From contig JAIBBA010000002.1 of the NCBI GenBank assembly GCA_019694895.1, positions 5,303 to 69,302 of the forward strand: a stretch of DNA of 64,000 nt, in the 5' to 3' direction. This document shows positions 1 to 7,498 of the stretch, piece after piece. The translations under genes and the position numbers were made by a program. The notes beneath the pieces are model-generated. The model ran no database searches and was not told the origin of the DNA. It worked only from the letters and a program-made list of their open reading frames with translations. Numbering within the stretch: position 1 is the first letter of the stretch; every line of letters starts with the position of its first letter. This stretch comes from Chitinophagales bacterium (GTDB lineage Bacteria > Bacteroidota > Bacteroidia > Chitinophagales > BACL12).

Positions 1-1
1 A

Positions 2-439
2 GGAACTTCATATCCATATACTGTTGATGGTTTGATATCGATCACAAACAGTAGCTTCGATGTAACACGCTGGTATTATTTCTACGATTGGCATGTAACA
101 GGAAATGCAGTATTCAGTTGCCCAAGTGAGCGTGCTGCAATGGCTGTTGAAGTGAAAGAGTGCACAGCTATCGGCGAGTTGTCATCTCTCAATAGCTTTA
201 GCGTTTATCCAAATCCGGCAAATGGCGTATTTACGGTTGATTTAAATACTCAATCTGTAAAAGACCTTGCCGTATCTGTTTGTAATGCAACAGGTCAAGA
301 AGTTTACGGTACAGTTATGTCGTACGTAAATGGCGCCATCACTATTCCTGTTGATATCAGGAATGCTGCTTCAGGAATGTATCTTGTAAAAGTTACTTCT
401 GAAGGTAAGAGCGTGAGCAAAACAATTATTGTTGAATAA
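2..439 (+). CDS. C-terminal fragment of a secreted protein ending in a T9SS type-A (Por_Secre_tail-like) sorting domain. The 5' end lies outside the window.
   Basis: The frame is open from base 2, and the listed start at 32 is a TTG with no stop upstream. The C-terminus FSVYPNPANGVFTVDL...GMYLVKVTSEGKSVSKTIIVE has the typical Bacteroidota T9SS CTD pattern. A hairpin terminator follows. Confidence 0.8.
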   Translation, partial: GTSYPYTVDGLISITNSSFDVTRWYYFYDWHVTGNAVFSCPSERAAMAVEVKECTAIGELSSLNSFSVYPNPANGVFTVDLNTQSVKDLAVSVCNATGQEVYGTVMSYVNGAITIPVDIRNAASGMYLVKVTSEGKSVSKTIIVE

Positions 440-457
440 TATCAATATCAAATAATG

Positions 458-487
458 AAAGCCGCTTCATAACGAGGCGGCTTTTTT
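458..487 (+). terminator. Rho-independent terminator after the partial T9SS cargo gene
   Basis: AAAGCCGC(ttcataacgag)GCGGCTTTTTT: a GC stem (461-465 pairs with 477-481) followed by a T-run at 482-487. Confidence 0.7.
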
Positions 488-604
488 ATTTGTCGCATGA
501 TGCCTTTGGTATTTTTATGAAGCAAGATATTATAGTTGCTTACTTTGATTTATTATTGAAAGATTACTGTTTGTTAAATCGCTTTTTGAAATTAATTATA
601 GCAC

Positions 605-636
605 AAAAAAAATCCCGTCACTAAACGCAACGGGAT
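605..636 (-). terminator. Rho-independent terminator of the OM beta-barrel gene (minus strand)
   Basis: On the minus strand: ATCCCGT(tgcgtttagtg)ACGGGAT followed by T8. This is a 7-bp stem (612-618 pairs with 630-636), with the A-run at 605-612 on the plus strand. It lies about 20 nt downstream of the stop at 658. Confidence 0.75.
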
Positions 637-657
637 CATTAAATATGATTATTTAAA

Positions 658-1467
658 TTATTTACTTGGCAACATATAGTGAATACCTAGTGTTAATCCA
701 CCATAAATATTGCGAGAAGCACCTTCATAGCTAACCGTTTCCAAATCAGGGCGACGTTCGCGTGTAGGTTTTGAATTGATGTCGGTAAGTCCGCCATAAA
801 CGCGTAAACCCGGACTGATATATAAATTTTTATTTACATAAATATCAGCGCCAATTTCTGCCTGAAAGCCGATATCGATTTTAGAAAAGTAATCACTGGC
901 TGCTTCGGTTGCTGCTGTTTGAGCAAATTCGGGTACCATGTAATCAATTGAATCACCTGGTATTAATTGCACTTCATCATTATACAAAGCAAGTGTATCT
1001 GCTTCGTAATACATATCAGCGCCGGCTAGTATACCTAGTGTAGGTCCTGCAAGAATATGCACAGACACAACCTGCTTTTTTGATCTTGGCGATGTGTATT
1101 TGAACATTATCGGCAATTGAATATAATTTAAGTCAACATATCGATAAGTGTCAACTTTTTCAGGTTTATTATCACCATTTGCATCGATATTGCAAAAGTC
1201 CTTAGACACGTCAAAATAGTGCTGTCCAACTTTAACATAGTTTAGGTCTACTTGAAAACCGATAGTTTGATCCCAATTATAACCGAATGACGCACCGGCA
1301 AGGTAACCGAAAGTTCGGGTGTAATCGAGTTCCTGGAATCCGTAGTTGTTCTGATTCATGATCCATACACTGTTGAAACCGCCCTGCGCACCAAAGTGCA
1401 ATCCTTGTTGGGCAGATACGGTGCCAATAACAGCGCTGAAACACATTAGGGTTAAAATCTTTTTCAT
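658..1467 (-). CDS. Outer-membrane beta-barrel protein (porin-family/OMP_b-brl-like), 269 aa
   Basis: Signal peptide MKKILTLMCFSAVIGTVSAQQ. Alternating aromatic/Gly-rich strands (GFNSVW, GASFGYNW, GFQVDLNY, GGLTLGIHY) are typical of small Bacteroidota OM barrels. Confidence 0.8.
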   Translation of the reverse strand: MKKILTLMCFSAVIGTVSAQQGLHFGAQGGFNSVWIMNQNNYGFQELDYTRTFGYLAGASFGYNWDQTIGFQVDLNYVKVGQHYFDVSKDFCNIDANGDNKPEKVDTYRYVDLNYIQLPIMFKYTSPRSKKQVVSVHILAGPTLGILAGADMYYEADTLALYNDEVQLIPGDSIDYMVPEFAQTAATEAASDYFSKIDIGFQAEIGADIYVNKNLYISPGLRVYGGLTDINSKPTRERRPDLETVSYEGASRNIYGGLTLGIHYMLPSK

Positions 1468-1572
1468 AACAGGTTTTATTTGGATATTAGGGTATAGACA
1501 ACAAAGGTAACAGAAATCCGCACCATAAAACAGGTGTTACTGGCAATCTTGGAATGATATATCCCGTGAAAC

Positions 1573-2520
1573 CTATTTTTTAAGCCCGATTTCACGAAGT
1601 CGCTCATCCAGATATTCTCCTGCCGTGATTGGGCTATAATTGAGCGGATTGTGCGCAGTAACGCAGTTTTCCAGGCAGTCGAGGGGCATTTCGGACACCG
1701 GATGTAAAAAGAAAGGAATGGAATAACGGGCAGTATGCCATTTTTCGCGAGGAGGATTCACGACGCGGTGTGTAGTGGATCTTAGGACATTATTAGTGAG
1801 CCTTTGCAGCATATCGCCAACATTCACCACAATCTCTGTAGGAGCCGTTTTTACAGGAATCCATTTTCCTGCGGTATCCATCACCTCAAGTCCATCGGCA
1901 CTGGCGCCAACTAATAATGTTATCAGGTTAATGTCTTCATGCTGCTCAGCACGTATGGCAGATTTTGGCTCAGAAGTAATGGGCGGATAATATATTGCAC
2001 GAAGTATCGAGTTGCCATTGTGTATTGGCTTGTCAAAATAAGTTTCTTCCAACCCTAAAAACAACGCCAATGACCGCAATAGGTATTTACCGGTATTTTC
2101 GAAATTGCGATATAACTGATATCCCAGCTCATTAAATTCAGCAATTTCAGTAATTCGTACATTTTCAGGGTAATGTTCACTCAATGCAGCCCCGTCTTCA
2201 ACCGTTTGGCCAATCTGCCAGAATTCTTTCAAATCGCCGGCTGTGCTCTGTTTGGCATGTTCTTTACCAAATGACGTGAATCCGCGTTGTCCCGCTAATC
2301 CCGCAATTTCATACTTGCTTTTTATGTCGTCAGGCATAGCGAAAAAGGACTCTACTGCATTGTAAAATCCATCAACTAATTGTTGATCTATACCATGATT
2401 TTGTACAGCGACAAAGCCAACTTCCTGATACGCTTTTCCAAGCTCCTGCACAAATCGCGCTTTGCGATCGGCATCATCTGAAATAAAATCTGCAAAGTTT
2501 ACGGTGGGTATGGTGTTCAT
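1573..2520 (-). CDS. 2-oxoglutarate/Fe(II)-dependent oxygenase (isopenicillin N synthase family), 315 aa
   Basis: HxD...H facial triad context (QHEDINLITLL ... RSTTHRVVNP) and an N-terminal DIOX_N-like region (FVQELGKAYQEVGFVAVQNHGI). Confidence 0.85.
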   Translation of the reverse strand: MNTIPTVNFADFISDDADRKARFVQELGKAYQEVGFVAVQNHGIDQQLVDGFYNAVESFFAMPDDIKSKYEIAGLAGQRGFTSFGKEHAKQSTAGDLKEFWQIGQTVEDGAALSEHYPENVRITEIAEFNELGYQLYRNFENTGKYLLRSLALFLGLEETYFDKPIHNGNSILRAIYYPPITSEPKSAIRAEQHEDINLITLLVGASADGLEVMDTAGKWIPVKTAPTEIVVNVGDMLQRLTNNVLRSTTHRVVNPPREKWHTARYSIPFFLHPVSEMPLDCLENCVTAHNPLNYSPITAGEYLDERLREIGLKK

Positions 2521-2555
2521 GCTGCCGGTATTTATAATTTCGAAGATACGATGTT

Positions 2556-2602
2556 GGGAGGAGAAAGGAAAAAGGAGAGAGGAGAAAGGAGAAAGGAGAG
2601 GG
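2556..2602. repeat. 47-nt uninterrupted polypurine tract on the plus strand (GGAGAAAGGA-type short repeats)
   Basis: GGGAGGAGAAAGGAAAAAGGAGAGAGGAGAAAGGAGAAAGGAGAGGG contains no pyrimidine. It lies 36-82 nt upstream of the oxygenase ATG, where it reads as polypyrimidine on that gene's sense strand. Confidence 0.9.
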
Positions 2603-2690
2603 TGAGTTTACCTCGACTTTGCGCCTTAGCCTCTTAGCCGTCATTGCGCGAAACCCTATGAATGTCAAGACCCCTTCTACCTCAAATCCT

Positions 2691-2906
2691 CAATTCTTCA
2701 AACCTTCGAATCTTCAATTCTTCAAACCTTCGAATCTTCAATTCTTCAAACCTTCGAATCTTCAATTCTTCAAACCTTCAAATCTTCAATTCTTCAAACC
2801 TTCGAATCTTCAATTCTTCAAACCTTCAAATCTTCAATTCTTCAAACCTTCGAATCTTCAAATCTTTAAACCTTCGAATCTTCAATTCTTCACACCTCAA
2901 CCCCTT
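2691..2906. repeat. 24-bp minisatellite, 8 complete copies plus degenerate flanking copies
   Basis: The unit is CAATTCTTCAAACCTTCGAATCTT, with copies at 2691, 2715, 2739, 2763, 2787, 2811, 2835 and 2859. Copies 4 and 6 carry CG>CA. Copy 8 carries two substitutions. The copy at 2883 and the sequence before 2691 are degenerate. Confidence 0.95.
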
Positions 2907-2908
2907 CA

Positions 2909-4444
2909 TCACGGCTCCAAACGTCCGTAGAAACGTGGGAATGGAATAGCTTCGCGAATATGCTGACCACCTGAGATCCACATCACCATACGCTCAAGTC
3001 CTAATCCGAAACCTGCATGCGGCACAGTGCCATATTTACGGAGATCTAAATACCAATCGAATGCTTCTACAGGAAGTTGCTCATGTTGAATGCGTTCCAA
3101 TAACATCTCGTAATTATCTTCGCGCTCGGCACCACCTACAATTTCGCCATAGCCTTCCGGTGCCAGCACGTCGACACCTTTTACATAACGCGGATCGTTA
3201 GGGTCGCGCTTCATATAGAAAGCTTTTACCGCAGCAGGCCAGTTGTAAACCATGATAGGACAAGAGAACAGGCGCGTGAGTACAGTTTCATCACTTCCAC
3301 CAAAATCATTGCCGTGCTGAAAATTGCGTGCCGATTCCAACCATTGAGGAATATTGCCTGCGCGTTCTTCAAGCTCCTTACTTTCGTTTTTGAGCGTATC
3401 TATTTTGTTTTTGTTGAAGTTGATCTCGCCCTGTTTTAATGAGCCACCTTCAATTTTTGCTTCGCGCTCTGCAATCTCTTTTGCAATTTCTGCAATGCGC
3501 AATTTAATTCCTTCAAGATCAGCCTCAAGTAATTTAATACTGTTTTTTCCATCAACTTCTTTTTCACCTCTGATCATGGCAACGGCGTCATCGTAATGTA
3601 TGCGCGGGAATTTTTGTGTTACGGCATTGCGCAGGAATGCTGTATTGCGTTCTAATGTCTCCAATTCAGATGCACAATGTGTAATCACATCGTCAACAAC
3701 ATATTTCAGAAACTGCTCGATCAAATCCATATTCATATCCAGATTGTAGAATGCCATCTCCGGTTCTATCATCCAGAATTCTGATAAGTGTCGACGCGTT
3801 TTTGATTTTTCAGCTCTGAAAGTAGGGCCGAACGTATAAATCTTACCATGGGCCATCGCCAGGGCTTCGCCATATAATTGTCCGCTCTGACTCAAATATG
3901 CAGGGCGACCATAAAAATCTGTTTCAAACAAGGTTGAAGTGCCTTCGCAGGCATTTCCTGTAAAAATGGGGGCATCCATCTGCAGGAAGTCGTTTTGCTG
4001 GAAGAAGCTATGAATAGCGAAGATCACGCGGTTGCGCACGCGCATCATGGCCCATTGCTTGCGACTGCGAAGCCAGAGGTGACGGTTTTCTACTAAAAAC
4101 TCCACACCATGCTCTTTTTTAGCGATGGGATACTCCTGTGCTATCTGAATTATCTCTACAGCGCTTACCTGAATCTCATAGCCACCAACCTGACGCTCGT
4201 CTTTTACAACAGTGCCTGTCAGACAAACGGAACTCTCCATAGTTAGGCGTTTTGCGGCTTCAAACTGCTCTTCACTCACTTTTGCTGCGTCTACAACACA
4301 CTGCGCAAAACCACTGCCATCGCGCATGATAAGGAATACCAAACCTTTGCTGTCGCGCTTGTTGCTCACCCATCCCTTGATGGTTACCTCACGGCCTTCA
4401 TATGCCTGCAGCGATCGTATATATTGAAATTGTTCTATTGCCAT
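2909..4444 (-). CDS. asnS: Asparagine--tRNA ligase, 511 aa, with an extra coiled-coil segment
   Basis: Class IIb motifs: FRAEKSKTRRHLSEFWMIEPEMAF (motif 2) and GFGLGLERMVMWISG (motif 3). N-terminal OB fold (VTIKGWVSNKRDSKGLVFLIMRDGSG). C-terminal PFPR. Confidence 0.93.
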   Translation of the reverse strand: MAIEQFQYIRSLQAYEGREVTIKGWVSNKRDSKGLVFLIMRDGSGFAQCVVDAAKVSEEQFEAAKRLTMESSVCLTGTVVKDERQVGGYEIQVSAVEIIQIAQEYPIAKKEHGVEFLVENRHLWLRSRKQWAMMRVRNRVIFAIHSFFQQNDFLQMDAPIFTGNACEGTSTLFETDFYGRPAYLSQSGQLYGEALAMAHGKIYTFGPTFRAEKSKTRRHLSEFWMIEPEMAFYNLDMNMDLIEQFLKYVVDDVITHCASELETLERNTAFLRNAVTQKFPRIHYDDAVAMIRGEKEVDGKNSIKLLEADLEGIKLRIAEIAKEIAEREAKIEGGSLKQGEINFNKNKIDTLKNESKELEERAGNIPQWLESARNFQHGNDFGGSDETVLTRLFSCPIMVYNWPAAVKAFYMKRDPNDPRYVKGVDVLAPEGYGEIVGGAEREDNYEMLLERIQHEQLPVEAFDWYLDLRKYGTVPHAGFGLGLERMVMWISGGQHIREAIPFPRFYGRLEP

Positions 4445-4464
4445 ATCTGTTTACTTTGAGGGCA

Positions 4465-4472
4465 CAAAATTA
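4465..4472 (-). promoter_or_regulatory. Candidate Bacteroidota -7 promoter box (TAnnTTTG) for asnS
   Basis: The minus strand reads TAATTTTG, 20 nt upstream of the asnS ATG. No clean -33 TTG was found. Confidence 0.3.
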
Positions 4473-4551
4473 CGATGAATTTTCCACGCATACAGTCTTT
4501 GACCCTTGTACTCGTTAATAAATAAAAGCCATACATACAATGGGAAAAATG

Positions 4552-4583
4552 TTGTCGCCACAAGTAAAATCGGCGTAAATTTG
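4552..4583 (+). promoter_or_regulatory. Candidate Bacteroidota promoter for rpoN (-33 TTG plus -7 TAAATTTG)
   Basis: TTG at 4552-4554 and TAAATTTG at 4576-4583, with a 21-nt spacer. The -7 box ends 23 nt before the rpoN ATG. Confidence 0.35.
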
Positions 4584-4606
4584 ACCCGAAATACATCAAT
4601 CAGCGT

Positions 4607-6091
4607 ATGTTGAACCAAAGGTTAAGTCAAAAGCTCCTGCAGAAACTCTCTCCGCAGCAAATTCAGCTCATGAAGCTGTTGCAGGTGCCTACCGACCAGT
4701 TGGAGCAACGCATCAAGGAAGAACTGGAAGCCAATCCGGCATTGGAAGAGGGAGACCGCGAGGAACAAGACGCCTCCAGCCTTGAAGAGGTATTTCGCGA
4801 GGAGGAAAAAGGTGAAGAAGGCACCGGTGAGGGTGAAGAAAATCGCGAAAATGAGGAGCTCGACCTCGACGACTATATTAATGAAGACGATGTAGCGGAT
4901 TATAAAACGCGTGATGAGAATTATGGCGACGATGATGAGGACAACAAGACTACACCATACGCCGTTACCGATACCTTCCATGAAAATTTAAGTAAACAAT
5001 TAGGCATGTGCGAGCTTGATGAACGTCAGGAGAAGATCGCGCAGCAAATTTTGGGCAGCATAGATGATGATGGTTATTTGCGTCGCGAGATTTCGGCAAT
5101 TGTCGATGATCTTGCTTTTTCGCAAAACGTAATGACGGAGGAAAATGAGATTATTGACCTCTTGGATCTTATCCAGGGTTTTGATCCTCCCGGTGTAGGT
5201 GCACGTGATTTGAGAGAATGTCTGTTGCTGCAATTGGAAAGAAAAACTCAAACCAAAGCCATTAAACTGGCCATTCATATCATCGAGAATTATTTCGAGG
5301 AATTCACCAAGAAACACTACGAAAAATTGGCGCGACACATGCGTGTTGATGAAGATGATTTGAAGCCTGTTATTACCGAGATCACCAGATTAAATCCCAA
5401 ACCGGGTGGCAGTGCGAAGGAAGATGGTGGAAGCATGTACCAATACATTATTCCCGATTTTACCATCATGAACAATAACGGCGAACTTGAATTAAAACTC
5501 AATAGCCGCAATGCTCCTGAACTGCGCGTAAGCCGCGATTTTATGGATATGATGGTGGAGTATAAGCGCGGTCAGCAAAAAGATAAAAAACAAAAAGAAG
5601 CCATCCTCTTCATCAAGCAAAAAATTGATGCGGCGAAATGGTTTATTGATGCTATCAAGCAACGACAACATACACTGTGGAGCACCATGTACGAAATCAT
5701 GGTACATCAATATGATTTCTTCCTTACCGGAGATGAAACGCAATTGAATCCGATGATCCTGAAAGATATTGCCGAGAAAACAGGATTGGATATTTCAACA
5801 GTAAGCCGTGTTGCAAATAGCAAATATGTTCAAACAGAATTCGGAACCTACGCTTTGAAATATTTCTTCAGTGAATCTTTGTCGACCGAAAGTGGCGAAG
5901 AAGTGAGTACACGCGAGGTTAAAAAGATATTGTCTGAATTGATCGAAGGTGAGGATAAAAAGAATCCACTTTCAGATCAGGAATTGATGGAAGACCTCCG
6001 CAAACGCGGCTATAATATTGCCCGACGCACGGTAGCCAAGTATCGCGAACAATTAGACATTTCCGTTGCCCGTTTAAGAAAGGAATTATGA
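4607..6091 (+). CDS. rpoN: RNA polymerase sigma-54 factor, 494 aa
   Basis: N-terminal Gln/Leu region (LSQKLLQKLSPQQIQLMKLLQ), an acidic linker, a core-binding region, a C-terminal HTH and the RpoN box (ARRTVAKYREQL). Confidence 0.95.
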   Translation: MLNQRLSQKLLQKLSPQQIQLMKLLQVPTDQLEQRIKEELEANPALEEGDREEQDASSLEEVFREEEKGEEGTGEGEENRENEELDLDDYINEDDVADYKTRDENYGDDDEDNKTTPYAVTDTFHENLSKQLGMCELDERQEKIAQQILGSIDDDGYLRREISAIVDDLAFSQNVMTEENEIIDLLDLIQGFDPPGVGARDLRECLLLQLERKTQTKAIKLAIHIIENYFEEFTKKHYEKLARHMRVDEDDLKPVITEITRLNPKPGGSAKEDGGSMYQYIIPDFTIMNNNGELELKLNSRNAPELRVSRDFMDMMVEYKRGQQKDKKQKEAILFIKQKIDAAKWFIDAIKQRQHTLWSTMYEIMVHQYDFFLTGDETQLNPMILKDIAEKTGLDISTVSRVANSKYVQTEFGTYALKYFFSESLSTESGEEVSTREVKKILSELIEGEDKKNPLSDQELMEDLRKRGYNIARRTVAKYREQLDISVARLRKEL

Positions 6092-6705
6092 TAAAAAAAA
6101 TATTCGGGCATTTCTTTTCCATTTTATTCCTGCCGCTATTGCTGCCTTTGTTCGGAGCCTTGTTTGTTATTTATTCAGATCCTTACGGTTTTCCGGATCA
6201 AGGCGCCAATATTTTAATGCTTATCAGGGTGGGATTGCTCACGTTTTTGTTCCCGGCAATAACTATTTTCTTACTTGTCAGACTGAAATTCGTTCAGAAT
6301 GTAACAGTCTATGACCGACAAGAGCGCACGATACCATATATCGCCTGCGGATTTTTCTATATATGGGCTTTTTATGTTTTTTACAAGGAAGGGTTTAATT
6401 CACATATCACCTTTATTTTGTTGGGCGCAACCATTGCCGTATTTATTGATTTTCTGATCAATATTCTGGTTGTGAAAGTGAGTATGCATACAACAGGCGC
6501 CGGCGGTCTAGTGGCATTTATGCTGGTGTTATTTCCTTATGCTCAAATAAATGTATTGCCGGTATTACTGGCTTCAATTGTAATTGCAGGATGTGTGGGT
6601 GCTGCGAGATTGGCACTGAAAGCACACTCTGAGCGTGAAGTTTATCTTGGTTATCTTACAGGATTCTTCAGTTTTATGGTAGCTTCAAATTTTATTCACC
6701 TGTAA
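6088..6705 (+). CDS. Integral membrane protein, 205 aa, possibly a divergent PAP2-like phosphatase. Translationally coupled to rpoN.
   Basis: About 6 hydrophobic helices. The ATG overlaps the rpoN TGA (ATGA at 6088-6091). Weak PAP2-like remnants (VSMHTTGAG; ARLALKAHSEREV). The function call is tentative. Confidence 0.6.
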   Translation: MIKKIFGHFFSILFLPLLLPLFGALFVIYSDPYGFPDQGANILMLIRVGLLTFLFPAITIFLLVRLKFVQNVTVYDRQERTIPYIACGFFYIWAFYVFYKEGFNSHITFILLGATIAVFIDFLINILVVKVSMHTTGAGGLVAFMLVLFPYAQINVLPVLLASIVIAGCVGAARLALKAHSEREVYLGYLTGFFSFMVASNFIHL

Positions 6706-7498
6706 ACGGATTTATCGCTGCATAATCTTTGCGGTGCATCCATCCTATCACACCATCCGGCATTTCTATTTTCGACCAGCTACTGTCGGCCTCAATTAAT
6801 TTTAATTTAAAACCTTCGTGAAGTAAAGCCAGGTTTGTGCTAGTTTCGGAAGGTTCGCTTTTTATTACGGCACTTGGCGACATTACAATTGCGAATGTTT
6901 GGCCGGCGTCATAATTTTTTCTTCCAAAATGTCCTATAGTGCATAAAATGCTAATCGAAAATGCAATGATAGCTGTAAAGAACCCGATGCGCTGATATGC
7001 GCGGAATTGAGGTAACAGATATGCAGCCCATCCCATTAATGCTAACCACATCGCAACTATGGCTATTATTCCCCAGGCTTGTGCGCCCATTATTCGGGAA
7101 ACAGCGTGCCACCAAATAATAAATATCGATGTAGTGCGTGGCTCCATCCTGTCGCGAATGCGAGCATTGGCAAGCGAAAGATTATAAGTAGCGTCATCAT
7201 TTCCAGGATCGAGAAAAAGTGCTCGCTCATAATTTAATACAGCCTCGCCAAGTTGACCGGTTTTATAATAGCAGTTGCCAATATTGTAATATAATGTTGC
7301 ACTCGGACCTTCCTGTTCTAATAATCGGTTATAAATGTCGATACTGGTTGCATATTGACCTTTTTCATACATCACATTTGCGTAAACAAAAGTGGTGGTG
7401 TCAATATTATTTATTCCTTCAGTAGAAGTGCTGTCAGGGTTTGCCTTTAAACACAAACTTGAAGCGAGTAGTATGACGATAGCAAATACTTTGTTCAT
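6692..7498 (-). CDS. batE: BatE-like protein (TPR repeats, TM segments, C-terminal SH3b-like domain), 268 aa
   Basis: TPR motifs (YYNIGNCYYKTGQLGEAVLNYERALFLDP). C-terminal WSKIEMPDGVIGWMHRKDY. It is the last gene of the Bat operon, and its ATG overlaps the batD TGA (ATGA). Confidence 0.8.
   Translation of the reverse strand: MNKVFAIVILLASSLCLKANPDSTSTEGINNIDTTTFVYANVMYEKGQYATSIDIYNRLLEQEGPSATLYYNIGNCYYKTGQLGEAVLNYERALFLDPGNDDATYNLSLANARIRDRMEPRTTSIFIIWWHAVSRIMGAQAWGIIAIVAMWLALMGWAAYLLPQFRAYQRIGFFTAIIAFSISILCTIGHFGRKNYDAGQTFAIVMSPSAVIKSEPSETSTNLALLHEGFKLKLIEADSSWSKIEMPDGVIGWMHRKDYAAINPFTGE

Noticed and set aside
2691-2906. Considered whether the regular 24-bp repeat array could be a CRISPR array.
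   Set aside because: The units are directly contiguous, with no unique spacers between them. The unit is shorter than typical CRISPR repeats. No cas genes are nearby.
2662-2949. A second open plus-strand frame (NSSNLRIF repeats) and the minus-strand ORF 2474-2668 across the repeat region.
   Set aside because: These frames are open only because the repeat lacks stops. The copy variants are non-synonymous (R/Q) in this plus frame. ORF 2474-2668 is a translation of the polypyrimidine tract. I saw no independent coding signal.
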